A stretch of 64,000 bases of DNA, from positions 31,336 to 95,335 of the forward strand of contig JAJFKK010000124.1 of NCBI GenBank assembly GCA_021773245.1, given 5' to 3'. Source of the DNA: Gammaproteobacteria bacterium. GTDB taxonomy: Bacteria; Pseudomonadota; Gammaproteobacteria; Eutrophobiales; Eutrophobiaceae. Numbering within the stretch: position 1 is the first letter of the stretch; each line of letters opens with the position of its first letter. This document shows, in pieces, positions 48,587-58,001 of the stretch. A model generated the notes under the pieces. It saw only the letters and a program-made list of their open reading frames with translations, was not told the origin of the DNA and searched no databases. Position numbers and translations under genes: made by a program.

Positions 48587-51318
48587 TCGTAAAAATGTGT
48601 CTATTGGGTTATAAGCATCGTGTTCCAGTGACACTATTGTTGCTACTTGTAACCTTGTTTTCTCTTTTTGGCATGCAACGTTTACAAGTTGATACCGGTA
48701 TAGATAGTTTAATTCCTGCTGATGATCCTGCACGCCAGGTTTATCAAAGAGTCATGGGTGAATTTGGTACAGATAATAAAACCATTATCTATATTAAGGA
48801 TAAGAATTTATGGACGCCAGAAAAACTGACTCGAATTGAACAGCTACATCTGGCGGTAGAAAAAATTGAAGGAGTTACTCGAGTTGATAGCTTATTCAGC
48901 TTACATACGATTCATGGTGATGATGGTAAAATTGTTTCACGACCTGTATTACGATCTGCACCAAAAACAGAGGAAGATGCACTAAGTGCAAAAGAAAGCG
49001 CATTAGCTAACCCACTTTATCTTGGAAATTATTTCTCAAATGATGGTGAAGTAACAGCAATGATAGTTTCTGTTGCTGATGTAGAAGATAAAAATGATTT
49101 TAGTCGAACTATCTATCAAGCACTAGAAGATCAAATTGAAGTTCATCGTTCCGAGTTTAACCGCCTTACACAGGTTGGGCCACCAAGAATTAATGCTGAA
49201 TTAAAGCAGAGTCTTTATGAAGATTTCTTATTACTAGGGCCGTTGTCTGCCTTAATTCTGGTTCTGTCTATTTTAATATTTATGCGTAGTTGGTTATCTG
49301 CGATGGTGCCATTAGTAACGTCGTTGATAACTATTATCTGGACTTTTGGTCTATTAGGCTGGTTAGGTATTCCACTTAATATACTCAGCGCAATGATACC
49401 TTCATTAATTATTGTCATAGGATCAACCGAAGATACGCATTTGATGGCTGCATTTTTACGTGGTCTTGATGAAGATGTTGAAGGAGACTCTCGTCAGCAT
49501 GCGGTTAAATACATGGCAAAACATATTGGTTTGCCATTGGTTCTTACCGTGTTAACAACGGCAATGGGTTTTGCCAGTAATCTTTTTAGTAATATTGAGT
49601 TGATTCAACATTTCTCAATTGCGGCAACTTTCGCTATGTTGGCAAATGGTTTTATTACGGTGCTGGTTTTACCATTGATGCTGTCTTTGTTTGCTCCTGA
49701 TAAAAACATCAGTCTCGTTAAAGACAAGAATACAAAAAGTGTTCCTAATCGGATAATGAAATTATTTCGTTATTCTCAAGATCATTTTCCTTTGTCGACG
49801 TTGCTAGTAACCGCGGTCTTATGCATATTTTTTGTTATGCAGGCAGCCAAGTTATATGTCACAAATGATCCGCTTTCTTATTTTCCAAGCGATCGTCCAT
49901 TAATACAGGATGTTAAACAAATTCATGAAGATCTTGCTGGCGTAAAAATATTCTTTATATCGCTTGAATCTAAACAAGCTAAAGCATTTCAAGATCCAAA
50001 AAATATTAAAAAATTATCTGCGATACAGGAATTTCTTGATAGTCAGGGCGCTTATGATCGCACGATATCTTTAGCCGATCACTTGAAGTTTATGAATCGC
50101 GAATTTCGTAACACTTCTGTTGAGGGCTCTATCCCTGAAACGCGACAATTAGTTGCTCAGTACCTGATGTTTTTTCATCGTAGTGATTTGGATAGTTATG
50201 TCAGCCATGATTACAGTCGTGCCAATATTGTTGTACGTCATAACATTACGGACTCGCATACACTTAACCAATATATTGAAGAACTGGAAAGTGTTTTGGA
50301 GCAAATTGTTGGTCCAGATATGAGATCTTATATTGTTGGTGAAAATCTAATGGTAAATCACGCCGCTGAAAGTTTAATGGTGGAGCAAGTAAAAGCATTG
50401 GTTTTACTGATGACATTAATTTTCTTGATCATGTCGGCAATGTTTACTTCTTTTAAAGGTGGTTTTATTTCACTGGTACCAGCTATTATTCCAATTACCT
50501 TAATGTTTGGCATCATGGGCTTTCTTGATATTCCATTAAATCCGGGCACGGCGATGGTCGCCGTAATCGCAATTGGTATTGCAATTGATGGCACGATTCA
50601 TCTATTAGCGAGATACAATGAGCTTTGTCGTCGCACCTCTGATTATGTTGAGGCAGTTAATACGGCTGTGCAAGAAGAGGCCACGCCGCTTATTGTCTCG
50701 AGCATTGCACTTGCATTTGGATTTGGAATTTTAATCTTTTCAAATTTTACTATTGTTGCACAGTTTGGCGCTTTGGCTGCAGCAACAATGTTATTTTCTA
50801 TCTTTGCTAATCTTTTGATTACGCCGATAATAATGTCACGTATTCGCTTGATTGGTCTTTATCAAATTTTGGCAATGTCAGTCGATCGTGAAGTTCTTGA
50901 CGGTAGTCCGTTATTACAAAACATGACCAACTATCAGCGGCGTAAAGCAATTCTAATATCAGAACTACATGAATTTGAAAAAGGAGAATTACTTGTAGAG
51001 CAGGATACAATTGGTCGAGATATGTATCTTATACTTTCTGGTGAAGTAGAAGTAATTCGAAAAGATGATGGTGAATCTCGTTCATTGGCTGTTTTGAAAC
51101 CGGGACAAATTTTTGGTGAGATTGGTTATATTCGTGAAACTGAAAGAACAGCGGATGTATTAGCGCTAGAGAATGTTTCAGCCTTACGTTTTGACTATGA
51201 ACGTATGCAAAAAGACTTAAAGTTTTTTCCAAATATTGTTGCTAAGCTAAATTTCAATATTAGTTATATCCTCGGTAAACGCTTGGCAGATATGGTCGGT
51301 AGCTCGAAAAGTAAATAA
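48583..51318 (+). CDS. MMPL/RND-superfamily exporter (COG1033-like, 12 TM, two periplasmic loops) fused to a C-terminal cyclic-nucleotide-binding (CAP-type) domain
   Basis: 911 aa. Two 6-TM bundles with SSD-like cores. C-terminal about 135 aa (approximately 50905-51315) carries FGEIGYI...RTADV, the hallmark cNMP-binding beta-roll/phosphate-binding cassette. Confidence 0.8.
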   Translation: MIVKMCLLGYKHRVPVTLLLLLVTLFSLFGMQRLQVDTGIDSLIPADDPARQVYQRVMGEFGTDNKTIIYIKDKNLWTPEKLTRIEQLHLAVEKIEGVTRVDSLFSLHTIHGDDGKIVSRPVLRSAPKTEEDALSAKESALANPLYLGNYFSNDGEVTAMIVSVADVEDKNDFSRTIYQALEDQIEVHRSEFNRLTQVGPPRINAELKQSLYEDFLLLGPLSALILVLSILIFMRSWLSAMVPLVTSLITIIWTFGLLGWLGIPLNILSAMIPSLIIVIGSTEDTHLMAAFLRGLDEDVEGDSRQHAVKYMAKHIGLPLVLTVLTTAMGFASNLFSNIELIQHFSIAATFAMLANGFITVLVLPLMLSLFAPDKNISLVKDKNTKSVPNRIMKLFRYSQDHFPLSTLLVTAVLCIFFVMQAAKLYVTNDPLSYFPSDRPLIQDVKQIHEDLAGVKIFFISLESKQAKAFQDPKNIKKLSAIQEFLDSQGAYDRTISLADHLKFMNREFRNTSVEGSIPETRQLVAQYLMFFHRSDLDSYVSHDYSRANIVVRHNITDSHTLNQYIEELESVLEQIVGPDMRSYIVGENLMVNHAAESLMVEQVKALVLLMTLIFLIMSAMFTSFKGGFISLVPAIIPITLMFGIMGFLDIPLNPGTAMVAVIAIGIAIDGTIHLLARYNELCRRTSDYVEAVNTAVQEEATPLIVSSIALAFGFGILIFSNFTIVAQFGALAAATMLFSIFANLLITPIIMSRIRLIGLYQILAMSVDREVLDGSPLLQNMTNYQRRKAILISELHEFEKGELLVEQDTIGRDMYLILSGEVEVIRKDDGESRSLAVLKPGQIFGEIGYIRETERTADVLALENVSALRFDYERMQKDLKFFPNIVAKLNFNISYILGKRLADMVGSSKSK

Positions 51319-51433
51319 TTTTATTATTCACTGGCATTCTATAAAATACAATTATCCGTTTTTCAAACAATTAATTATTAATGACCTCCTCTGTTTCGTA
51401 AAAGCTAGTCTTGGTTTTTTAATTAGTCCTTAT

Positions 51434-52066
51434 TTGGTTAATAAAATGAAATCAGTTATTAAAAAAAATATTATCTTATTGATTATTCTTTTATCAGCAG
51501 GACATACAGGGTTCGCATTTTCAGAAACAAGGGGAAAAGAGCTTTTCCCTGATAATATTATTGTTGAATATAATAATGAAAAATTAGATTTGTCATTGAC
51601 GGGTATAGCTATTCGAAAGAAATTTTTTCTAAAAATTTATAGGATGGCTCATTATCTTGAACAGAACTCCAGAATGTCATTCAAAAATAATGAGATCTAT
51701 TCATCTATATTGCAACATAGTGGTGCAAAGCAAATCTCGATGGTTTTTCTGCGGTCCTTGGCGGCGAAGCAGATTCAGGACTCCTTGATAACGGGTCTTA
51801 AATTGAATATGAAAGAAGAAGATTATTTGCAAATTCTGCCTAATGTCGAGATTTTCATGCGTGCGATCTATGAAGATGTTAAAGAAAACGATGAATTTGT
51901 CATTCGATGGCATCCTGATGGTACAATGGTCTCACTTTTTCAGGGTAAAGAGATCAGTTCAATCAAGGATGAGAACTTTGCCAAAGCGTTATGGTCTATC
52001 TGGTTTGGTGATTTCTCAGTCGTAGATCGCGATTTACTTATAAAAGAACTGTTAACTAGTTCCTAA
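51434..52066 (+). CDS. Chalcone-isomerase-like (fatty-acid-binding) family secreted protein
   Basis: Signal peptide and LTGIAIRKKFFLKIYRMAHYLE, typical of bacterial CHI-like domain proteins. Confidence 0.55.
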   Translation: MVNKMKSVIKKNIILLIILLSAGHTGFAFSETRGKELFPDNIIVEYNNEKLDLSLTGIAIRKKFFLKIYRMAHYLEQNSRMSFKNNEIYSSILQHSGAKQISMVFLRSLAAKQIQDSLITGLKLNMKEEDYLQILPNVEIFMRAIYEDVKENDEFVIRWHPDGTMVSLFQGKEISSIKDENFAKALWSIWFGDFSVVDRDLLIKELLTSS

Positions 52067-52195
52067 ATTGTTTTAGTGAGTTTGTAAATAATTCTTTATA
52101 ATTTCCTGAGAAGGTTTATATTCCTGAATTCATTTCCTGATAGTTGCCATCCTGTCAAGATAATCAAAGAGTTACGTAAATTAAGAACATATTAG

Positions 52196-53005
52196 ATGAA
52201 AATTATTAAAGGTGAACTAAGCCACGGGCGATTTATTGTCCCATATCGAATTTATGGCGAAGCGAAGAAGACGATTGTTTGTATTAGTGGTGCAAAACAG
52301 ACAATGGCAGCTTGGCGTTCATTTGTTAGTCACTTCGTTTCCGAATACTCAGTCGTATTATTTGATATGCCTGGTCAAGGTAGAGCCTCAATTTTATCTG
52401 GTTCTTTAGGCATTACTTTCGATGAGCAAGTTGATGTTTTATATAATATTATTAATGAAACTAATCGAAATGGTACGGTTATATTAGCGGCAGCATCATG
52501 GGGAACAATTATCTCTGCAGCGATTGCAGCGCGTTACCCTGAATTAGTCGATAAAATGATCCTGGGTAGTTTTGGAGCTAAACCAAGCAAAGCGGTCATT
52601 GATATTATTAAAGCAGGACAAGGTTTGTTTAATGGTGATAAAACTGAACAGATTGCGCCTTTAATGATAGAAAAATTTGGTCAACATATTCCTGCCACTC
52701 AGAAAAAACAGATGATCGACCAATTTCGAGATATGAGTCGAGAACAGTTTGTCAGTTTTTACGAACATTGTGAATTTGTCGAAAAAGCATCTGATATTGA
52801 AGAATATATAGAATTAGGCAAGATTACAGCTTCGACGCTTATTTTGAGCGGTGAATATGATGCGATTCTTGATCAGGACGATATTGAAAAAGCGTCATCA
52901 AAGATTCCTGACTGTGAGTATAAAATGATTCCAGGTGCGGGGCATTTTTTACATTGGGAGCAATCAGACATTCTTTATACTTATAGCGAGTTCCTTTCCA
53001 GATAA
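52196..53005 (+). CDS. Alpha/beta-hydrolase fold protein
   Basis: Nucleophile elbow AASWG and C-terminal GAGHFLHWE His region. Confidence 0.7.
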   Translation: MKIIKGELSHGRFIVPYRIYGEAKKTIVCISGAKQTMAAWRSFVSHFVSEYSVVLFDMPGQGRASILSGSLGITFDEQVDVLYNIINETNRNGTVILAAASWGTIISAAIAARYPELVDKMILGSFGAKPSKAVIDIIKAGQGLFNGDKTEQIAPLMIEKFGQHIPATQKKQMIDQFRDMSREQFVSFYEHCEFVEKASDIEEYIELGKITASTLILSGEYDAILDQDDIEKASSKIPDCEYKMIPGAGHFLHWEQSDILYTYSEFLSR

Positions 53006-53007
53006 GA

Positions 53008-53856
53008 TTGTCAATGTCTATTAAGCTTTCACCTGTTGATAAAGTTTCGTCTATCGAACAGGAATCATTTCTTGCTTCATATTATAAACCTTTAAAGCCT
53101 GTTGTTATTCAGGAACCTTCAAAACCATGGCCGGCATTTAAAAAGTGGACTCCGGAATTCTTTAAAGAGCAGCATGGTAACAAACAAGTCAAAGTTTATG
53201 ACGGCAGTTTTGTTGTGGCTGGAAAGAATTATATGTCTAATGCAAAAACTATATCTTTTAAAAAGTATATTGATTTAGTAATGACGACTTCACAAGATCT
53301 TCGTATGTTTCTCTACAATATTAAATCAGAAATTCCAGAGTTAGTTGATGATATTAATTTTCCAACATTAATTAATAATGTTTCAAAAAGTTTTGTATTT
53401 ATGTTTTTCGGTTGTAAAAATTCAGTAACACAAATGCATTTTGATATTGATATGTCGCATGTTTTCCATACAGCGATACGTGGCCGAAAAACAGTTTATT
53501 TATTTCCTTATGAAGAGTCTAAAAACCTACACCGCTATCCGTTTACCTGTAGAAGTTATGTTGATGTTGAAAAACCGGATTTTGAAAAATACCCCGGGTT
53601 GAGAAAAGCACAAGGCTATAAGGTTCAGCTTGAAGCAGGCGAGACCTTATATATTCCGAGCGGTTATTGGCATCACTTTGTTTATGATGAAGCAGCTTAT
53701 GCAATATCGCTTCGATGTGCTAATCAGACATTGTTGGGTAAAGTTCATGGCTTTTATAATTTAATCATAATGCAAAGCATTGATCGTATAATGAATAAAA
53801 TCTTTCCGAAGAATTGGTTTGAGTGGAAAGAGGAACAAGCGTTAAAAGCTAATTAA
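53008..53856 (+). CDS. JmjC/cupin-8-like Fe(II)/2-oxoglutarate oxygenase-fold protein
   Basis: HFDID...H...HHF putative HxD/E...H facial triad in a cupin fold. 2 bp after the hydrolase gene. Confidence 0.6.
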   Translation: MSMSIKLSPVDKVSSIEQESFLASYYKPLKPVVIQEPSKPWPAFKKWTPEFFKEQHGNKQVKVYDGSFVVAGKNYMSNAKTISFKKYIDLVMTTSQDLRMFLYNIKSEIPELVDDINFPTLINNVSKSFVFMFFGCKNSVTQMHFDIDMSHVFHTAIRGRKTVYLFPYEESKNLHRYPFTCRSYVDVEKPDFEKYPGLRKAQGYKVQLEAGETLYIPSGYWHHFVYDEAAYAISLRCANQTLLGKVHGFYNLIIMQSIDRIMNKIFPKNWFEWKEEQALKAN

Positions 53857-53863
53857 TTTGAAA

Positions 53864-54376
53864 TCAAGCTAAAATTAATTCTTTAATTATTCTCCATTCT
53901 GAAAGTTTTTTCTCTCTACTCATAGCAGCATGTGCTGGACTAGTAGAAGGTAATTTGTGAAACGTTAAGTTTTCAGCATCTTTTAAAGTTTTTAAAACTT
54001 CTTTCTTAAAAAGTTGTTCTGCCTTAGCGCCATTAAAGAATACATTATTTATTTTCGGAAACTTTATAAAGAACGATTTAAAATCATTAGCTTCAATTGT
54101 TGATGGGTCAATATCTGAATCAAGACTGCCTTTTCGATAGCAACTTTTTAATACATCCCATAATGCAATATTGTTGTCGTACAATAATTGCTTACGTTGC
54201 TCATAATTTATTTTTTCATCAGAATTAAATAACTCACATATTATAGGCCAAAAACTATTACGTGGATGAGCATAGTATTGGTTTTCATCAAGTGATTTTT
54301 GTCCCGGCATAGAGCCGAGTATCAGTATCGTTGCATCTGGTTTTGCTATAGAAGGAAAGCCATTACTATCTGTCAT
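53864..54376 (-). CDS. DNA-deoxyinosine (hypoxanthine) glycosylase, UDG-superfamily
   Basis: ILILGSMPG ... HPRNSFW ... PSTSPA motifs of family-6 UDG-like glycosylases. Confidence 0.7.
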   Translation of the reverse strand: MTDSNGFPSIAKPDATILILGSMPGQKSLDENQYYAHPRNSFWPIICELFNSDEKINYEQRKQLLYDNNIALWDVLKSCYRKGSLDSDIDPSTIEANDFKSFFIKFPKINNVFFNGAKAEQLFKKEVLKTLKDAENLTFHKLPSTSPAHAAMSREKKLSEWRIIKELILA

Positions 54377-54390
54377 TTATGTTTTCCCAT

Positions 54391-54425
54391 AAAAAAAGCC
54401 GCATCATGATGATGCGGCTTTTTAC
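54391..54425 (-). terminator. Rho-independent terminator downstream of hppA
   Basis: On the minus strand, aaaaagccgcatcatcatgatgcggc is followed by uuuuuuu. A perfect 11-bp GC-rich stem plus U-run, 16 nt after the hppA stop. Confidence 0.7.
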
Positions 54426-54440
54426 TAATAGCAGTACAAT

Positions 54441-56480
54441 CTAAACTAACAATGGAGCAATCACTAAACTAACAATTGCCATTACATTAATCAGAATGTT
54501 CATTGCTGGACCAGAGGTATCCTTTAATGGATCACCAACGGTATCACCAACAACAACAGCAGCATGAAGATCTGTTCCTTTGCCACCAAGGTTACCTTTT
54601 TCAACATACTTCTTAGCGTTGTCCCAGGCACCACCCGCGTTTGCCATCATCAGTGCCATCATCACACAACAGATTAATGCGCCGCCCAACATGCCGCCTA
54701 AAGCTTGTGGACCAAGACCGAAGCCAACGACAACAGGAGCAAGTACCGCTAGTGAACCCGGAGCAATCATGCGTTTTAATGCAGCACGAGTTGCAATATC
54801 AATACAACGTGCATTATCAGGTTGTGCTGTACCTTCCATTAAACCAGGGATTTCTTTGAATTGGCGACGTATTTCCTTAATCATTTCAAAAGCCGCATCA
54901 CCAACCGCTGTCATGGTCATAGAGCTAACCAGGAATGGAAAAATACCGCCAAGGAACATGCCGCAAAGAACAATTGGATCATCAATTCTTAAGATAAGCT
55001 CTTCGCTTCCTCCAGATGCTTCATGTAAGGCTAGAGACACTTTCTCAATATAAGCACTGATTAATGCCAGCGCTGCAAGTGCAGCCGCACCAATAGCAAA
55101 GCCCTTACCGATTGCAGCAGTAGTATTTCCTACTTCATCAAGTGAATCAGTAATCTCACGTGTCTCTTTACCCATCCCAGACATTTCCGCAATACCACCG
55201 GCGTTATCTGCAACGGGGCCATACGCGTCAATTGCCATGGTAATGCCAACAGTACTCAACATACCAACAGCTGCAATACCAACACCGTAAAGACCAGCAT
55301 AATGACTCGCTGTAAAGATAATGGCGCAGATTGTAATAACAGGGATAGCTACCGATTGCATGCCTATTGCTAGACCACTAATCATCACGGTAGCAGGTCC
55401 TGTTTCACCGTCTTTTGCAATCTTTCTGACTGGAGCACCGCCGGTGTAATACTCGGTGACAAGGCCGATAACAATACCGCCTAAAGCACCTGAAATTACA
55501 GCTATCCAAACATTGGTAGAAGCTCCCATGTAACAAATCAATACATATGCAGCGATGATAAAAATAATAGAAGAACCCATCGTACCAATACGTAATGCTG
55601 TTTCAGGGCTTTTTGATGAAAAAAGTTTTACTGAGTAAATACCTATCATCGAACAAATCAAACCAACAGAAGCAAGGGCTAATGGCATAAAGGTTAATGT
55701 GCCTGTATCGCCTTCAGGTGCTAAGTTAGCTACTTCGGCTAAAGTCATCGTAGCTGCTAGAGCAATCGTTGCGATCATCGCACCACAATATGATTCAAAA
55801 ATATCAGAACCCATACCGGCAACGTCACCGACATTATCACCAACGTTATCTGCAATAACGCCAGGGTTACGTGGGTCATCTTCTGGGATGCCCGCTTCAA
55901 TCTTACCAACCAAATCAGCACCGACGTCAGCACACTTGGTAAAAATACCGCCACCAACACGTGAGAACAAAGCAACTGAAGATGCGCCCATAGCGAAACC
56001 TTCAATAGCGTGAATAGTATGTGTATCACCTGCGAAGAAATAGTAAAGAATACCAACACCAAATAAGCCCATTGCTGCAACTGTTAGTCCCATAATAGAA
56101 CCACCGAAGAATGCAATGTTTAAGGCTTCAGCTGCACCTTTGGTGTTCGCAGCAACCGCTGTTCTAACGTTAGCGTGAGTTGCGGTATACATGCCCCAAT
56201 AGCCCGCTGAACCTGAGCATACTGCACCAAGTAAAAAGGCCAATGCGGTATTCATACCTAAATCAGACATAGCAATCGCAGTAATACAAACTACGCAAAA
56301 TATAGCTAAACGTTTATATTCGCTGTTCATAAAGACCATTGCGCCTAAATGGATAGCATCAGAAATTTCTTTTAATTTTCCCTCACCGGCAGGTGATTTT
56401 TTAATACTGACAAAAACTAGAAAAGCGGCAAAAAGGCCGAATATGCCCAAACCAATGGGTATAAAAGCAATTGAATTCAT
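54441..56480 (-). CDS. hppA: Membrane-bound proton/sodium-translocating pyrophosphatase
   Basis: 679 aa, about 16 TM, with conserved DVGADLVGK and [11 protein letters not shown] motifs. Confidence 0.95.
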   Translation of the reverse strand: MNSIAFIPIGLGIFGLFAAFLVFVSIKKSPAGEGKLKEISDAIHLGAMVFMNSEYKRLAIFCVVCITAIAMSDLGMNTALAFLLGAVCSGSAGYWGMYTATHANVRTAVAANTKGAAEALNIAFFGGSIMGLTVAAMGLFGVGILYYFFAGDTHTIHAIEGFAMGASSVALFSRVGGGIFTKCADVGADLVGKIEAGIPEDDPRNPGVIADNVGDNVGDVAGMGSDIFESYCGAMIATIALAATMTLAEVANLAPEGDTGTLTFMPLALASVGLICSMIGIYSVKLFSSKSPETALRIGTMGSSIIFIIAAYVLICYMGASTNVWIAVISGALGGIVIGLVTEYYTGGAPVRKIAKDGETGPATVMISGLAIGMQSVAIPVITICAIIFTASHYAGLYGVGIAAVGMLSTVGITMAIDAYGPVADNAGGIAEMSGMGKETREITDSLDEVGNTTAAIGKGFAIGAAALAALALISAYIEKVSLALHEASGGSEELILRIDDPIVLCGMFLGGIFPFLVSSMTMTAVGDAAFEMIKEIRRQFKEIPGLMEGTAQPDNARCIDIATRAALKRMIAPGSLAVLAPVVVGFGLGPQALGGMLGGALICCVMMALMMANAGGAWDNAKKYVEKGNLGGKGTDLHAAVVVGDTVGDPLKDTSGPAMNILINVMAIVSLVIAPLLV

Positions 56481-56693
56481 TAAAGCTTCCTCTTGATTAA
56501 CTTACTATATAGTTATTATTGAGCGGACTGATTGTTCTAAATTATGTGCTCCCCGGGTCATTCTTATACCGATATCAAGACTTTCTGTAAAGCCAAGTCT
56601 CTGCAAAGCGGCATATTTCCTTATCATCCCAAAATATTTTGTGCACGAAGTAATTTTATTTATAATATTTAGTCATAAATTCTATTAAATTGG

Positions 56694-57185
56694 GTGATAT
56701 TCATGATTAAACTGTCATATCGGCAATATTTACATGTTTTCATCATTTTCATCGCCTGCTTACCCGTAGCAGCGGAATCAATACGTGAATACCACCAACG
56801 ACAATGTGTGAAAGGTAATACAGTAAGTTGCGGTAAAGCAGCAGCAATGCTGGAAGGTGAGCGACATGCAGAGCGAATCGTTGAATTAGGTGACAACTTT
56901 GCAAAAACTGTAGATCGTTCAGCGCTGGAAGAGGGAAACAAACCGTTACTGAATGAGGCTTATACGGTTGTGCTTGCAGATTATTTTAAGCAAGAATCCG
57001 ACAATGGAATTAAAAGAGGAGTAGCAATTGATATCTTAGAGCTGTGCGCTAATCATTATCATGATCATTGGCGCAATCGAAAAATGTGGTGGCCGACGAA
57101 TGATGCTGGTGAACCGGATTGGTCAACGATATATTATTATATCGTTGAGCATTATTATGGTTATTGTTTGAGGCAATCGCTTTGA
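56694..57185 (+). CDS. Hypothetical secreted protein (163 aa)
   Basis: Signal-peptide-like N-terminus. His/Trp/Tyr-rich C-terminus. No family recognised. Confidence 0.4.
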   Translation: MIFMIKLSYRQYLHVFIIFIACLPVAAESIREYHQRQCVKGNTVSCGKAAAMLEGERHAERIVELGDNFAKTVDRSALEEGNKPLLNEAYTVVLADYFKQESDNGIKRGVAIDILELCANHYHDHWRNRKMWWPTNDAGEPDWSTIYYYIVEHYYGYCLRQSL

Positions 57186-57207
57186 TAGCGATCGCTGTAT
57201 AAAGTTT

Positions 57208-57957
57208 TTAGGCAGCTTTTTTAAGTTTATTTGTCGCAATACCGACTTCAAGTGCTTCAAACCAGTCAAGAAAGCGTTTGACATCATCGCCTTTAAAAAT
57301 TCGACCATGTTGGGGAGCCATCATTTCTATATCAAGATTACGTACTCGCGCGACCCAATCATTTTTTGCTTTATTTGATGGCATCCAACGCTGATGGAAA
57401 AGTGTCATATTCTGAGTATGTGCATCGAAGTCTTCAACAAACATCCCTGAACCGGCTGGTTCAAGTGCTGCGCCAATATCACCACTCATTAATATTTTTG
57501 CATTTGAGTCATAAACATTATAATTGCCGGACGCGTGTAGATAATGCGCAGGTATAAAAACCAATTTGCTGTTGTTTAATTCCAGCTCACAACCCTCATC
57601 AGGAATACCCATGTACTCAATATTCTCGCAACCGAAGTGCCGAATAAATCCTTCCCATAACCAAGGTGCATGTAAACGAGCATGAGGTAATGCTTTATCC
57701 CATAAACCTAAAGAAGAAATAATATCTGGATCTTGATGAGAGGCAAAAATATCACTGATATCATCTAAACGAACATGTCGAGTGATGGAGGCTAGCATCG
57801 CTGAAAAGGTTTCTATTCCGCCGGGGTCTAATAACAAAGAACGGTTGCCGTCTTTAATTAGGTATTGATTGGTATCAATAATTTTTTCAGGTTTATCCGG
57901 ATCCCGACCAAAGAAAATCCACTGGTATCCTTTATCAAACAATATATTGTCGTTCAT
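57208..57957 (-). CDS. Stand-alone MBL-fold protein lacking a flavodoxin domain; possible ODP-like di-iron O2/Fe sensor, which is inference
   Basis: 249 aa. Metallo-beta-lactamase fold with variant metal motif SHQDPD (HxDxD) and later His/Asp candidates. Size and domain content resemble the N-terminal lactamase-like domain of flavodiiron proteins. Confidence 0.6.
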   Translation of the reverse strand: MNDNILFDKGYQWIFFGRDPDKPEKIIDTNQYLIKDGNRSLLLDPGGIETFSAMLASITRHVRLDDISDIFASHQDPDIISSLGLWDKALPHARLHAPWLWEGFIRHFGCENIEYMGIPDEGCELELNNSKLVFIPAHYLHASGNYNVYDSNAKILMSGDIGAALEPAGSGMFVEDFDAHTQNMTLFHQRWMPSNKAKNDWVARVRNLDIEMMAPQHGRIFKGDDVKRFLDWFEALEVGIATNKLKKAA

Positions 57958-58001
57958 TTTTTACATTTCCTTAGCTGACATGTTTCTGTTTTGTGTGATA
58001 T

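Noticed and set aside
54580-56080. Several ORFs (157, 72, 104, 101 aa) inside hppA
   Set aside because: Alternate-frame or antisense ORFs within a high-GC-skew membrane protein gene. Pro/Ala/Ser-rich junk translations.
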